Positions 34,260 through 42,724 of a stretch of 43,856 bases of DNA are shown here, piece by piece. Made by a program: the position numbers and the translations under genes. The notes below the pieces were generated by a model, which saw nothing but the letters and a program-made list of their open reading frames with translations, made no database searches and was not told where the DNA came from. Numbering within the stretch: the stretch's first letter is position 1; each line of letters begins with the position of its first letter. Source of the stretch: Escherichia phage GertrudWoker_Bas73. The stretch lies in sequence record PQ850603.1. One strand, written 5' to 3'.

Positions 34260-36500
34260 CTATTCCAAATCCTCCTCTGTCACCACCAGCATCTCATTTG
34301 GTTCGTATAGTGTCTTCGGCCTTAATCTATCCCCTATTCTTTCGGGTATACGATATGTTCTCGGTACTACTTCGCCGTTAGCATCGCAACCAAGCATTAG
34401 TTCTCCATCTTTCAACATTTTATCAAGATGGGTGTTAGTCACAGAGAAGTCACCGGAACGAGCCACTATCTGCTGCTGAGTAAAACCGCGACCTGTGTCA
34501 TCTGACTGTTGCAGGTCTTCCAGTGCCGAAAGTATTGACTCCTTCCTTACTTCATCCCTGCCGCGTTTAACTTCTTCCTTTACTTTTTGCTTACCTTCTT
34601 TCGTCAACCCTTCTTCCCGCTCTTTCTCCTCGTCAGTTTTGAACGGCTCGAAACCCCACGGCATCAACACAAGCGCCTTGTGTGGTTCAGGAAGGTCCAG
34701 GTTTACGATTGTGCCGTATTCTTCTGTGCCCCCCAGGAACTCAACCGCACGGTACTCTTTCGGCGGCGGAGCTTCGCGGAACTGCACAGACTCCAGCACC
34801 ATGCCAACCGTTTTCTGTTGAGGACCGTGCTTAAATTTCGAGTGGTATACGTTTATTTGACGGTCGGTTGCACGTTCGATTGTCAGTTCCACGTCAACAC
34901 CCGCATACAGCGCCCCACTGCCGCGTGCTTTCTTTCCACCCTTCGGCGTATGGTGGACAACGCCTACTGCGGCTTTAGTTGCATCGCGTACTTCTTTCAG
35001 AATGGCGATAACTTTACCCATGCCGATTGCTGTTGATGAACTGTTCTCGTCGAACTTATCAATCGTCAGTGCCAGGGTCTGGTTAAGGGTGTCGAACGCA
35101 ACCATGCCAATTGGCTCGTCGCCAGCAGTTTCGCGCATTAACTTAATCAGGCTTTTAAGTTTGCCGACTTCGCCCATATCGATGACGTGTACATAATCTT
35201 TACCTTCCCCGCCATATTTAGCCGCTAGTGCATCAATACGGGTGCGTGTAGCTGCGCCACCCTCACCATCAATATAGAAATGGTGGCAACGCTGGGTATC
35301 CGCCCCCGCAAACCTGTACCCGGCGGCGCTGAGGTACATCATCCCCAGCGTATAGAACGATTTGTACGTGCCAGATTCCCCGACGATATCCCAGATACAA
35401 TCCGACGGCATGTACCCCTCAACGACGAAATCAGCCTTTACCGGCTCCGGTAACTCGTCCTCCTCTGGGTCCTCGTCGCCTTCCAGGTCGTCGAGGCTGC
35501 ATGAAACGGATTCACGTACACCCCAACCGATGGCCTCGGCGACTTCACTGAACGGCAGCCCGGTCGCATCGCACGCATACTTCCACACCTCTTTAGGTGA
35601 CATGCCTTCGGTTGCCGTAATGTCGGTGTCGTGAATCATGGTTACGTTCGGCGCTTCGTACCCCTCGCGCGGGAAGCACAGCAGGAAGTCATCCGGGCGC
35701 GGGGTCGGGTCGCTGTAGTTCTCGGCATGTTCCGGCGTAGCTGGCATTTTCAGGCCGCGTGGCGTCATGATGCCGCCGTACTCGAACGCCAGTGCTTCAA
35801 ACGCATCGGTAAACGCGGTGCGCAGTTCTTCTGGTATCTGGTAGTCAGATGCGCTGCTAACGTCAACGGCGGGGATACCTTCCAGTAGCTCATCCGGGTC
35901 AATCAGGTCGTTGCGGCGCGACCAGATAACGGTAGAGCCGACCGGAGGCAGGTACATCGGCTGGGACAGCGTAAACCCGCTGCGGTCGGCGCCCATGCCT
36001 TTGAAGAAGTGCTCCAGCAATCCATGACGAACACGGATGATGTCGCCGCCTTCGACCGGGCGGGCCAGCGGCATGACGACGCGAAAGCGCGGGGACTCGT
36101 CGGTATGTGACGCCGTGGTATATAGGCACATCGCCTGGCGGCTGCGCTTAACCAGGCGCACAGCTTCCTGATACTCTTCCGGCGTTGCACTGTCGAAGTC
36201 CAGATACGCCAGCGACGATTTGCTTACAGACGCGTCACAGCGATAGAAGAAGCCTTTACGCGCCTGCTTAAAGTCTCCAGTTTCCAGGTCTTTTACGGTG
36301 CTGTGCGTAGAGTCGCACGCGGCTGTGATATAGCCGGGGGCGGTCTTAGGGTTAACACCGTCACGAACAGCATCAAGCGGCTGGATTAACTCTTTCAGGT
36401 CGTCCAGTGTTGCCGTGTGTGTGGTTCTGACGTTTATATCCTTTTTCTCTGCCCGCGCGTTGCGACGTGACCACGAGTAGGATAAAATTACATCGGACAT
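34260..36500 (-). CDS. DNA primase/helicase (RecA-like ATPase with N-terminal primase-like region)
   Basis: 746 aa; Walker A-like 'VGESGTYKS'; 'VAFDTLNQT ... VVHHTPKGG' RecA-like core; C-terminal tail 'TEEDLE'. Confidence 0.6.
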   Translation of the reverse strand: MSDVILSYSWSRRNARAEKKDINVRTTHTATLDDLKELIQPLDAVRDGVNPKTAPGYITAACDSTHSTVKDLETGDFKQARKGFFYRCDASVSKSSLAYLDFDSATPEEYQEAVRLVKRSRQAMCLYTTASHTDESPRFRVVMPLARPVEGGDIIRVRHGLLEHFFKGMGADRSGFTLSQPMYLPPVGSTVIWSRRNDLIDPDELLEGIPAVDVSSASDYQIPEELRTAFTDAFEALAFEYGGIMTPRGLKMPATPEHAENYSDPTPRPDDFLLCFPREGYEAPNVTMIHDTDITATEGMSPKEVWKYACDATGLPFSEVAEAIGWGVRESVSCSLDDLEGDEDPEEDELPEPVKADFVVEGYMPSDCIWDIVGESGTYKSFYTLGMMYLSAAGYRFAGADTQRCHHFYIDGEGGAATRTRIDALAAKYGGEGKDYVHVIDMGEVGKLKSLIKLMRETAGDEPIGMVAFDTLNQTLALTIDKFDENSSSTAIGMGKVIAILKEVRDATKAAVGVVHHTPKGGKKARGSGALYAGVDVELTIERATDRQINVYHSKFKHGPQQKTVGMVLESVQFREAPPPKEYRAVEFLGGTEEYGTIVNLDLPEPHKALVLMPWGFEPFKTDEEKEREEGLTKEGKQKVKEEVKRGRDEVRKESILSALEDLQQSDDTGRGFTQQQIVARSGDFSVTNTHLDKMLKDGELMLGCDANGEVVPRTYRIPERIGDRLRPKTLYEPNEMLVVTEEDLE

Positions 36501-36558
36501 GTTGTATTTCCTTCAGCAAGTAATTTGGCCTCGGCGTTCACCGCGTCGGGGCTTTCTT

Positions 36559-36792
36559 TTATTCCAGGTCTTCTAAAGTAGCGGTCATTCCGCGAACTTC
36601 AGCAACAGCACTATATTTCCCGCCAACATTTTTCACGACACCGGATTTAACCAGTACCTTCAACGACCCTTCAATAATGGCTGAACTATAGTACTTAAAA
36701 TAACTACGGCGCAAGTCGATAACGCTGCACGACCCTTTTTTACGTGTTAACGAAACGACCGCCGTAAATACGCGTGACTGGAACTCGGTCAT
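36559..36792 (-). CDS. hypothetical protein with C-terminal 'TLEDLE' tail
   Basis: 77 aa; stop-start overlap with upstream HTH gene. Confidence 0.45.
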   Translation of the reverse strand: MTEFQSRVFTAVVSLTRKKGSCSVIDLRRSYFKYYSSAIIEGSLKVLVKSGVVKNVGGKYSAVAEVRGMTATLEDLE

Positions 36793-37019
36793 TTCACGTT
36801 CTCCTTAATCCACGCTTCCACTTTCTCCGGGTCAAACGTACCTGGCTGACGGCGGCCCATAATGCGAATACAACAATCCGGGAACTTCCCACTCTTTAAC
36901 CAGTTATTCAGCGTTCGACGAGTAACCCCGATACGCTCAGCTACCTCATTCTGCGTCATTCTCAAACCCTCATTATCAGTTAACGAAACAAGTATACATT
37001 GCGAATAATGGGAAATCAA
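36789..37019 (-). CDS. small HTH DNA-binding protein (AlpA/excisionase-like)
   Basis: 'MTQNEVAERIGVTRRTLNNWLKSGKFP' HTH; likely start at internal ATG (36959) with RBS 'gaggg'. Confidence 0.5.
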   Translation of the reverse strand: MISHYSQCILVSLTDNEGLRMTQNEVAERIGVTRRTLNNWLKSGKFPDCCIRIMGRRQPGTFDPEKVEAWIKENVK

Positions 37020-37306
37020 ACATAATCACACCTATTGACATTATGAAAATCTTCGTTTAAGGTGCTTCTATATCTTAGTTACTTTGATTCTTGTTCACCT
37101 TGTAAAACCGCTTAAAACGCAGCTGCGCGCAGCGCAAGCAAAGTGTTAAGCGCAAGTTTACTGAACACGAGAATTAGCGTAACTTTCCTTCCTAAGTATC
37201 TTCGGTTGCCCTGGGCAAGCTCTATTCTCATCGGCAGCATATCTCTTAAGTATCTGATTTTCTTAATGTGCCGCAGATTCGCAACCGTAAAAATGTAACG
37301 ATTATT

Positions 37307-37332
37307 GGGCAGGCTTAAGGCCTGCCCTTTAG
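37307..37332 (+). terminator. GC-rich hairpin, possible weak terminator in control region
   Basis: 'gggcaggc ttaag gcctgccc' followed by 'tttagtt'. Confidence 0.35.
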
Positions 37333-37399
37333 TTACCAAGTAATAAGAATAATGGCACAACCATACCTGAAGAATCACAACGGCAACGTAACTATTCTC

Positions 37400-37428
37400 T
37401 TGCACACCCCAACATAATAGGATACTAT
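37400..37428 (+). promoter_or_regulatory. sigma70-like promoter TTGCAC-N17-TACTAT with AATAGgataCTATT palindrome
   Basis: 'TTGCACaccccaacataataggaTACTATtcac' 25 nt upstream of the 37454 start. Confidence 0.5.
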
Positions 37429-37453
37429 TCACTTATCGAAACGAGACAGAGGG

Positions 37454-37654
37454 GTGAGGGTTATGTTTAAGAAGGGTCAGTTGGTGAAAACGATGTACGG
37501 TAGCTTCGGTATTATTGAAAAGAAATCGACAGTGTACCGAAGTTCTTATGTCGTTAGCTTACTCAGGGAGCACGGGTTAAGTTCCGCAGCGTATTACCGA
37601 GAGTATGAAATTAAACTCATCGGCAACAATTTTAAATTCAAAGGGGCGAAGTGA
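37454..37654 (+). CDS. hypothetical early protein
   Basis: 66 aa; RBS 'gaggggtgagggtt'; first gene of rightward early block. Confidence 0.45.
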   Translation: MRVMFKKGQLVKTMYGSFGIIEKKSTVYRSSYVVSLLREHGLSSAAYYREYEIKLIGNNFKFKGAK

Positions 37655-37842
37655 TGGAAGAATTAATTTACGACGTATACGTCGACGGGGTTATCTCAGA
37701 GACGACAAGTAATAAAGATTACGCAATAAAGCTGTATGTGTATTACGCCGCAGAGGTAGGAAGGATGGTCGAAGTGCGGGAGCAAACGGCATCGAATCAT
37801 GATGCTCGTGCCGACGACTCTGATGGAGGTTGCCGTGAATAA
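37651..37842 (+). CDS. hypothetical early protein
   Basis: 63 aa; ATGA overlap with upstream gene. Confidence 0.45.
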   Translation: MMEELIYDVYVDGVISETTSNKDYAIKLYVYYAAEVGRMVEVREQTASNHDARADDSDGGCRE

Positions 37843-38059
37843 TATTTTAATTGTGGGGGCTGATATGAGTCCGTATAACGAATTCCGCTTACGCCGTCTG
37901 ATTGGCGGTCTGCGCGCCGCCGAGTTTGGTGTTGAATGCTGGGAAAAGGCGAAGTACACCCCGTGGAAGTCGTGGCATTTGGCTCACGCTAAGGCGGTAG
38001 CGCAGTACCGGGGGTACAAGTTAAACAGTTTCCTTAAACACCATGGGGTTGAGTTATGA
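37835..38059 (+). CDS. hypothetical early protein
   Basis: GTG start preceded by 'ggagg'; track ORF starts 37799. Confidence 0.4.
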   Translation: MNNILIVGADMSPYNEFRLRRLIGGLRAAEFGVECWEKAKYTPWKSWHLAHAKAVAQYRGYKLNSFLKHHGVEL

Positions 38060-38199
38060 GAGAAGCATTTGAACGTTGGGCCGTCGTCGAGGGGCTGCCA
38101 GTTAACAAGGGTTCGAAGAAAGAGTACCTGAACGTTAAGACGCGTCTCGCGTGGCGGGCGTGGAAAGCGGGTGTGCAGTATGCGATGAATACGAGGTGA
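38056..38199 (+). CDS. hypothetical small protein (47 aa)
   Basis: ATGA overlap with upstream stop; below track cutoff. Confidence 0.3.
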   Translation: MREAFERWAVVEGLPVNKGSKKEYLNVKTRLAWRAWKAGVQYAMNTR

Positions 38200-38202
38200 G
38201 AT

Positions 38203-38403
38203 ATGGGTAAGTGGATTAAGTGTAGTGAGATGCTACCAGGTAACGGTAGCACTGATAAAGAGTTCCTGGTGTATGAAACGTTGAATAACGCAGTGCAGCA
38301 CGATTATTACATCGTTCCTGATGACGGGAGAAAGCCGTTCTGGAATCACTATGATAAGTACGTGACGCACTGGATGCCGTTACCTGAGCCGCCGGAAGTG
38401 TGA
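38203..38403 (+). CDS. hypothetical early protein
   Basis: 66 aa; RBS 'acgagg'; Trp-rich 'WNHYDKYVTHWMPLPEPP'. Confidence 0.45.
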   Translation: MGKWIKCSEMLPGNGSTDKEFLVYETLNNAVQHDYYIVPDDGRKPFWNHYDKYVTHWMPLPEPPEV

Positions 38404-38527
38404 TGTTCAATAGTTTGGGATTTTACCGAGTGACTTACGCTGCTACACAGCAGCGTATCATTTTTCTCATTTTTGTTCTATTTCACCAAACGCAACAATC
38501 GAAGCGACTATTGCAGGAGATGCAACA

Positions 38528-38698
38528 ATGAAACTGAATGACATCGTGACCTGGACTGGTAGAAACGGAGAAAAACGATTCGGGCTTATTGTTGCGTCAA
38601 ACGGCAACAAGTACCGTGTTATGCGATGGCGTCAGTGGGCACGCTGCCCGAGGTACTACTGGATTCGCAGTGAACGATTATCTTTAAAACGCCAATAA
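38528..38698 (+). CDS. hypothetical small protein (56 aa)
   Basis: RBS 'gcaggaga'; below track cutoff. Confidence 0.35.
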   Translation: MKLNDIVTWTGRNGEKRFGLIVASNGNKYRVMRWRQWARCPRYYWIRSERLSLKRQ

Positions 38699-38705
38699 AG
38701 TTTAC

Positions 38706-38734
38706 TTGCACGCTAGGATAGAATAGGCTACTAT
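38706..38734 (+). promoter_or_regulatory. sigma70-like promoter TTGCAC-N17-TACTAT with AATAGgctaCTATT palindrome
   Basis: 'TTGCACgctaggatagaataggcTACTATtcat' upstream of the 38766 ORF. Confidence 0.45.
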
Positions 38735-38765
38735 TCATTTACACGAACGAGAGGAGCGACAGAGG

Positions 38766-38879
38766 ATGTACAGCGAATTTGATTTGTGGGACGTGGTTCT
38801 TATATGGGCCTCCGGGGAAGATGTTGTTTGCGACGGTGACACATTAAGTATCGTATGCGAGGAGCCAGAAGATGAGTAA
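38766..38879 (+). CDS. hypothetical small acidic protein (37 aa)
   Basis: RBS 'agaggag'; stop overlaps next start. Confidence 0.3.
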   Translation: MYSEFDLWDVVLIWASGEDVVCDGDTLSIVCEEPEDE

Positions 38880-39417
38880 CAAAAACGAAGTATTCGAGTA
38901 CCTGATTGACCAACTACGGCAGCAGCTACAAGTCGTAGATGTAATGGGTGAGATTGAACGGTGGAGTATCGACCGTAGTATCGCGGGTCGCGGTAACTAT
39001 ACCGACGAGGAAAACGCCGTAATCGACGCTTACATCGGACTGGAGCACAACCCGTACAAGCAACAGTGCGAAGACCTGGCGCACGAGGTGCAGTCACTTA
39101 AGAATCAGCTACGTGATATGTCGGCGCAGATTAAGGAGTTGCATCTGGCGTTGGTCAAAGCTACGGGCGACGTAGAGGCGTACAAACTTATCCGCAAAGG
39201 TGGGTACGTTTCCGCAGGCCAGCGCTACGTGGTTGGCGAACATGCGCCTGGGCCAACGGTAAATTGTCGGTGCACCCAGACGCCTGTACCGCCGGAGCAA
39301 TCTGGTTGCCGTAAAGAGGATACCCAGGAATGGCCCTACCGTTTCTATTATGTAGTGACAGATGGCTCCGCGCCGTTCGGTACGAAAGTATGTAAAACGT
39401 GCGGGGGATACTTCTGA
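38872..39417 (+). CDS. hypothetical protein with C-terminal Cys cluster
   Basis: 181 aa; 'CRCTQ...C...CKTCGG' possible zinc site. Confidence 0.45.
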   Translation: MSNKNEVFEYLIDQLRQQLQVVDVMGEIERWSIDRSIAGRGNYTDEENAVIDAYIGLEHNPYKQQCEDLAHEVQSLKNQLRDMSAQIKELHLALVKATGDVEAYKLIRKGGYVSAGQRYVVGEHAPGPTVNCRCTQTPVPPEQSGCRKEDTQEWPYRFYYVVTDGSAPFGTKVCKTCGGYF

Positions 39418-39620
39418 TGACCAGCATCTTATTTATCTGGGTACTGTCCGCAGGCCAGATGCACCTGGCGGCATCAGAAACGTTTTACTCGATGGAGGCG
39501 TGCCAGTCAGCGGCACGCGCCGCTGAGAACGCGCACTTTCTGTTTCAGGGTGACAAGCCCAACGATTCAGAGGTACGCGCTATCTGCTCACCTAAGCGAC
39601 TTGGAAAACAGGAGAAATAA
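39417..39620 (+). CDS. small secreted/membrane protein
   Basis: ATGA overlap; N-terminal hydrophobic 'MTSILFIWVLSAGQMHLAA'. Confidence 0.4.
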   Translation: MTSILFIWVLSAGQMHLAASETFYSMEACQSAARAAENAHFLFQGDKPNDSEVRAICSPKRLGKQEK

Positions 39621-39621
39621 C

Positions 39622-39825
39622 ATGGTACAGAGATATTCTAAGTATGGGTCCGACAACCATTTCATTGACCGCCACGGGAAGTGGGTTAAGTTTGAGGACT
39701 ACCAGAATCTTGACCTAAAGCTGTTGGAAGTTGAAGCCGAGTTACAGAAATACAAGGACCAGTTCCCGGATTACGTCGAGTGCGCGAACTGTGGGTCAGT
39801 TACACATGTGGAGGGGGTGGAGTGA
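39622..39825 (+). CDS. hypothetical protein
   Basis: ATG with RBS 'caggaga'; C-terminal 'CANCGSVTH'. Confidence 0.4.
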   Translation: MVQRYSKYGSDNHFIDRHGKWVKFEDYQNLDLKLLEVEAELQKYKDQFPDYVECANCGSVTHVEGVE

Positions 39826-40118
39826 TGTCGTTAGCAACTGACATCCTGAAACGAAGCGGCCTTGCGCCGCTGTCACCGAGAGCGAAGACACGTATACACA
39901 AGCGTCGCCGTAACGTGCTGTACCCAGAGATACAAGAACGGCGTAAAGCTATCCGCGCCTGTGGATTCCAGAACGGAAAGGCCGTGAATCTCGGTGAGTT
40001 TAAAACAAAGGAACGCGCAGCTATCGCGAACCGGCTATTTAATTACTGGAAATCGCTGGGGTACGATGATATTCCGACGAAACCACAGAGACGACAATAC
40101 ATCTGGAGACATAAATGA
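39825..40118 (+). CDS. possible AP2-like DNA-binding protein
   Basis: ATGA overlap; basic; 'GKAVNLGEFKTKERAAIANRLFNYWKSLGY' loosely resembles AP2-type domains. Confidence 0.3.
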   Translation: MSLATDILKRSGLAPLSPRAKTRIHKRRRNVLYPEIQERRKAIRACGFQNGKAVNLGEFKTKERAAIANRLFNYWKSLGYDDIPTKPQRRQYIWRHK

Positions 40119-40555
40119 CTACTATCGCGTTTGACGGAAAGACAATGGCCTGTGATACCCGTGTTGTGTGCGGGAGTAACTGTTACAACACAGACACAAA
40201 GATATACGAGAACGAATTTGTTGTTATTGGGGCGGCTGGCGATGCAGGGGTTGGTATCCTTTTAGTGGAGGACGATAGTATTTTAGTGCCTAAGCACTAC
40301 GATTTTGATTTCTCTGCCTTGGTGTGGGTTAAAGACATCGAAACGTTGTGTAGGGTGGAGTTCTATAAATCTTGGGATTGTGCTCTTAGTTTGGTTATTC
40401 AGATTGCGGACAGCTTTTCCGCCGTTGGTTCAGGCGCCCCTTATGCCCTAGCGGCTATGGAATGTGGGTATTCGGCGCAAGGTGGTGTAGCAGTTGCATC
40501 GAAGTTCGACCCTGACACCGGCGGCAAGATTATTACCAAACAACTATTAGGATAA
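40115..40555 (+). CDS. HslV-like N-terminal-nucleophile hydrolase (proteasome beta-like), compact
   Basis: 'MTTIAFDG' with Thr right after Met; 'VVIGAAGDAG' and 'AVGSGAPYALAAME' match recalled HslV signatures. Confidence 0.5.
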   Translation: MTTIAFDGKTMACDTRVVCGSNCYNTDTKIYENEFVVIGAAGDAGVGILLVEDDSILVPKHYDFDFSALVWVKDIETLCRVEFYKSWDCALSLVIQIADSFSAVGSGAPYALAAMECGYSAQGGVAVASKFDPDTGGKIITKQLLG

Positions 40556-40614
40556 TTCCTACCCGTGGTATCCTCCAGTTACTGCATACTTAATACGCAC
40601 CTGGAGGATTCATC

Positions 40615-40923
40615 TTGGATAAATTTACTGAAACAGTGACAGGCTGGCTTCTGGCTGCCGCACTAGCCGGTGGGGTAATCGGACTGCGACAACATAAGTC
40701 CGCTATTTCTGGACCTATCGACGGCTTCTGCTTTATCGCAACTGGCTTCACCTGCGCCGTATTTGGTGCACCTCTCGCCGCTCAATGGTTTGGTATTACC
40801 GGCGAACGCGAGATAGCTGGCCTGGGCTTCATTATCGCTATTCTCTGGATGCCTATCTATTCCCGTCTCTCCGGTATCGTCGCAGGAGAATACATCTCAC
40901 GTCGAGGAGGCCCGGATGAATGA
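40615..40923 (+). CDS. holin
   Basis: 102 aa with three hydrophobic helices and charged C-terminus; TTG start after 'ggagg'; upstream of endolysin. Confidence 0.55.
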   Translation: MDKFTETVTGWLLAAALAGGVIGLRQHKSAISGPIDGFCFIATGFTCAVFGAPLAAQWFGITGEREIAGLGFIIAILWMPIYSRLSGIVAGEYISRRGGPDE

Positions 40924-41188
40924 GCTATTCTGGTTCGGCGGTATGCTGGCAATCGGGGGCACATCGCTGTTTAATGTATATCATCCCAGCGTGGACGACG
41001 GATTATTTGGCCGGGTGCTCTATATCCTGACTGCTATAGTCTGCGCCGCCGGATGTATCCACCTGTTACAGGGCAGCATGTCACCGACGCTGCCTGAGAC
41101 ATTAATCACAGTAGTCGCGCTGCGCCAGATTCGTCAGGCGTGGCTGTCATACGGAGGACATAAGCGTGTCTCGAAATATTTCAGATAA
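40916..41188 (+). CDS. second holin/antiholin-like membrane protein
   Basis: 90 aa, two hydrophobic helices; overlaps previous gene stop. Confidence 0.45.
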   Translation: MNELFWFGGMLAIGGTSLFNVYHPSVDDGLFGRVLYILTAIVCAAGCIHLLQGSMSPTLPETLITVVALRQIRQAWLSYGGHKRVSKYFR

Positions 41189-41278
41189 TGGACTTACCGC
41201 AGATAAGCTGCGCGAGGTTTTACACTACGACCCCGATACCGGAGTTTTCGCGAACCATAAATTACGGGAAGGTGCTTT

Positions 41279-41764
41279 ATGAGAAACATTAGCAACAATG
41301 GCATCAAATTCACCGCCGCGTTCGAGGGATTCCGCGGAACTGCGTATCGTGCTACGCCAAATGAGAAGTACCTGACTATTGGGTACGGTCATTATGGGCC
41401 AGACGTAACGCCAGGCAAGACCATCACCCCGGGACAAGGCCTCCTGTTACTGAATCGTGATATGGCTAAGGCCGTAGCTGCGGTTGACGCAGCAGCACAC
41501 CATTCATTGACACAGGCACAGTTCGATGCAGTGTGCGACCTGGTATACAACGCAGGTGCTGGTGTGATTGCTGCTACTACCGGCACGGGTAAGGCACTGC
41601 GTTCTGGTGATATTGCAACGCTGCGGGCTAAGCTGGCGATGTTCATCAACCAGAACGGCAAACCGCTACTTGGCCTGCGTCGCCGTACTGCGGGCCGTCT
41701 GGCGCTGTTCGACGGTAAACCGTGGCAAGAGGCTGAGGCTATCGGGCGCGCGGTGAAAGGTTGA
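41279..41764 (+). CDS. endolysin (lysozyme-like muramidase)
   Basis: 'FTAAFEGFRGTAYRATPNEKYLTIGYGHYG' with catalytic Glu context typical of phage lysozymes; RBS 'gggaaggtg'. Confidence 0.8.
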   Translation: MRNISNNGIKFTAAFEGFRGTAYRATPNEKYLTIGYGHYGPDVTPGKTITPGQGLLLLNRDMAKAVAAVDAAAHHSLTQAQFDAVCDLVYNAGAGVIAATTGTGKALRSGDIATLRAKLAMFINQNGKPLLGLRRRTAGRLALFDGKPWQEAEAIGRAVKG

Positions 41765-41828
41765 CACCTGAGACTAATCCGACGATACTTAAATCACCTC
41801 CTGTTCCATACCTCTGCTCTCCAGTTTT

Positions 41829-41861
41829 ATCCCGGCCCTGACCCAGCCGGGATTTTTTTTT
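41829..41861 (+). terminator. strong rho-independent terminator after endolysin
   Basis: 'atcccggc cctgaccca gccgggat' followed by nine T. Confidence 0.75.
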
Positions 41862-41883
41862 ATCTATTTTCTGCAATGACTAG

Positions 41884-41912
41884 TTGACTATTACCTACGA
41901 CCCTATTATATT
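41884..41912 (+). promoter_or_regulatory. sigma70-like promoter TTGACT-N17-TATATT
   Basis: consensus-like spacing; ~35 nt upstream of the 41946 start. Confidence 0.5.
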
Positions 41913-41945
41913 TACTCCATCGACAACGAGAACGGAGTAGAGAAG

Positions 41946-42194
41946 ATGAGTAACGTACAGACAATCGCAATAACCGAGGAACTTGAAGCCAAATGTATCG
42001 CATGGACTATGGGTAATGACCCGGTTGCTATGCGTAAATTTCCAATGAAAATCACAGATACCGAAGCATTCAAAGACGCACAACTGATGGCGCGTATCGC
42101 CGTTAGTAACCTGAGCCGCAATATCCCTGCGGATGCGTTCTGGTTCGCTGCTATGCAGACACTGAAAGCAGCTTATGCAGGAGAGAAGAAATGA
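41946..42194 (+). CDS. hypothetical protein
   Basis: 82 aa; RBS 'acggagtagagaag'. Confidence 0.45.
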   Translation: MSNVQTIAITEELEAKCIAWTMGNDPVAMRKFPMKITDTEAFKDAQLMARIAVSNLSRNIPADAFWFAAMQTLKAAYAGEKK

Positions 42195-42388
42195 AAGTTA
42201 AAGCCGCTAAAATTCTCTGGTTAGCCGCCCTTGACTATGTCACAGAGGGTAAAGTGTATGGTGTATACAACCCGACAGCTACTGGTTTCGGTTATATAGA
42301 CTCCGACGACGACTGCCATATTTTCATAGACTTTGGTAACGATGACGGTGATGGTTTCCACGGCGTTAAATGGGAGGTTGTAGAATGA
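42191..42388 (+). CDS. hypothetical protein
   Basis: 65 aa; ATGA overlap. Confidence 0.45.
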   Translation: MKVKAAKILWLAALDYVTEGKVYGVYNPTATGFGYIDSDDDCHIFIDFGNDDGDGFHGVKWEVVE

Positions 42389-42546
42389 GCGAACAAGGTC
42401 AAGTAAGCCAACCATTACGAGTAGGCCGTAAGGTGAGTCACACCCCGTTCCCGACACGCGAGGAACTGATGAAACGTAACAGTTTCCCTGGGCCGGACAA
42501 GAACAAGTATCTCAACCGCATGTGGGGAGAGCGTAAAAATGACTGA
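42385..42546 (+). CDS. hypothetical small protein (53 aa)
   Basis: ATGA overlap with upstream stop; below track cutoff. Confidence 0.3.
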   Translation: MSEQGQVSQPLRVGRKVSHTPFPTREELMKRNSFPGPDKNKYLNRMWGERKND

Positions 42547-42724
42547 CCGTGAATATGAAAAGATGATGGTAGAGGCCGTTAACGGCGGCGTAGACATTAG
42601 CCACGTGATGTGCGTCCTGAATAATAAAATCGCGGTAGCCGAGCAAATGGTGGAGTCGCTTTATGAGACGCGCCGCGAACTGATTAACCGCTTCAACCTG
42701 AACAAAGGTGACACCAATGCCTAA
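42539..42724 (+). CDS. hypothetical protein
   Basis: 61 aa; overlaps neighbours in operon fashion. Confidence 0.4.
   Translation: MTDREYEKMMVEAVNGGVDISHVMCVLNNKIAVAEQMVESLYETRRELINRFNLNKGDTNA

Noticed and set aside
37112-37432. 106-aa minus-strand ORF in the 37.0-37.4 kb control region
   Set aside because: Runs through the promoter of the rightward early operon, has no RBS, and its Leu/Tyr/Arg-rich translation looks non-genic; region treated as regulatory.
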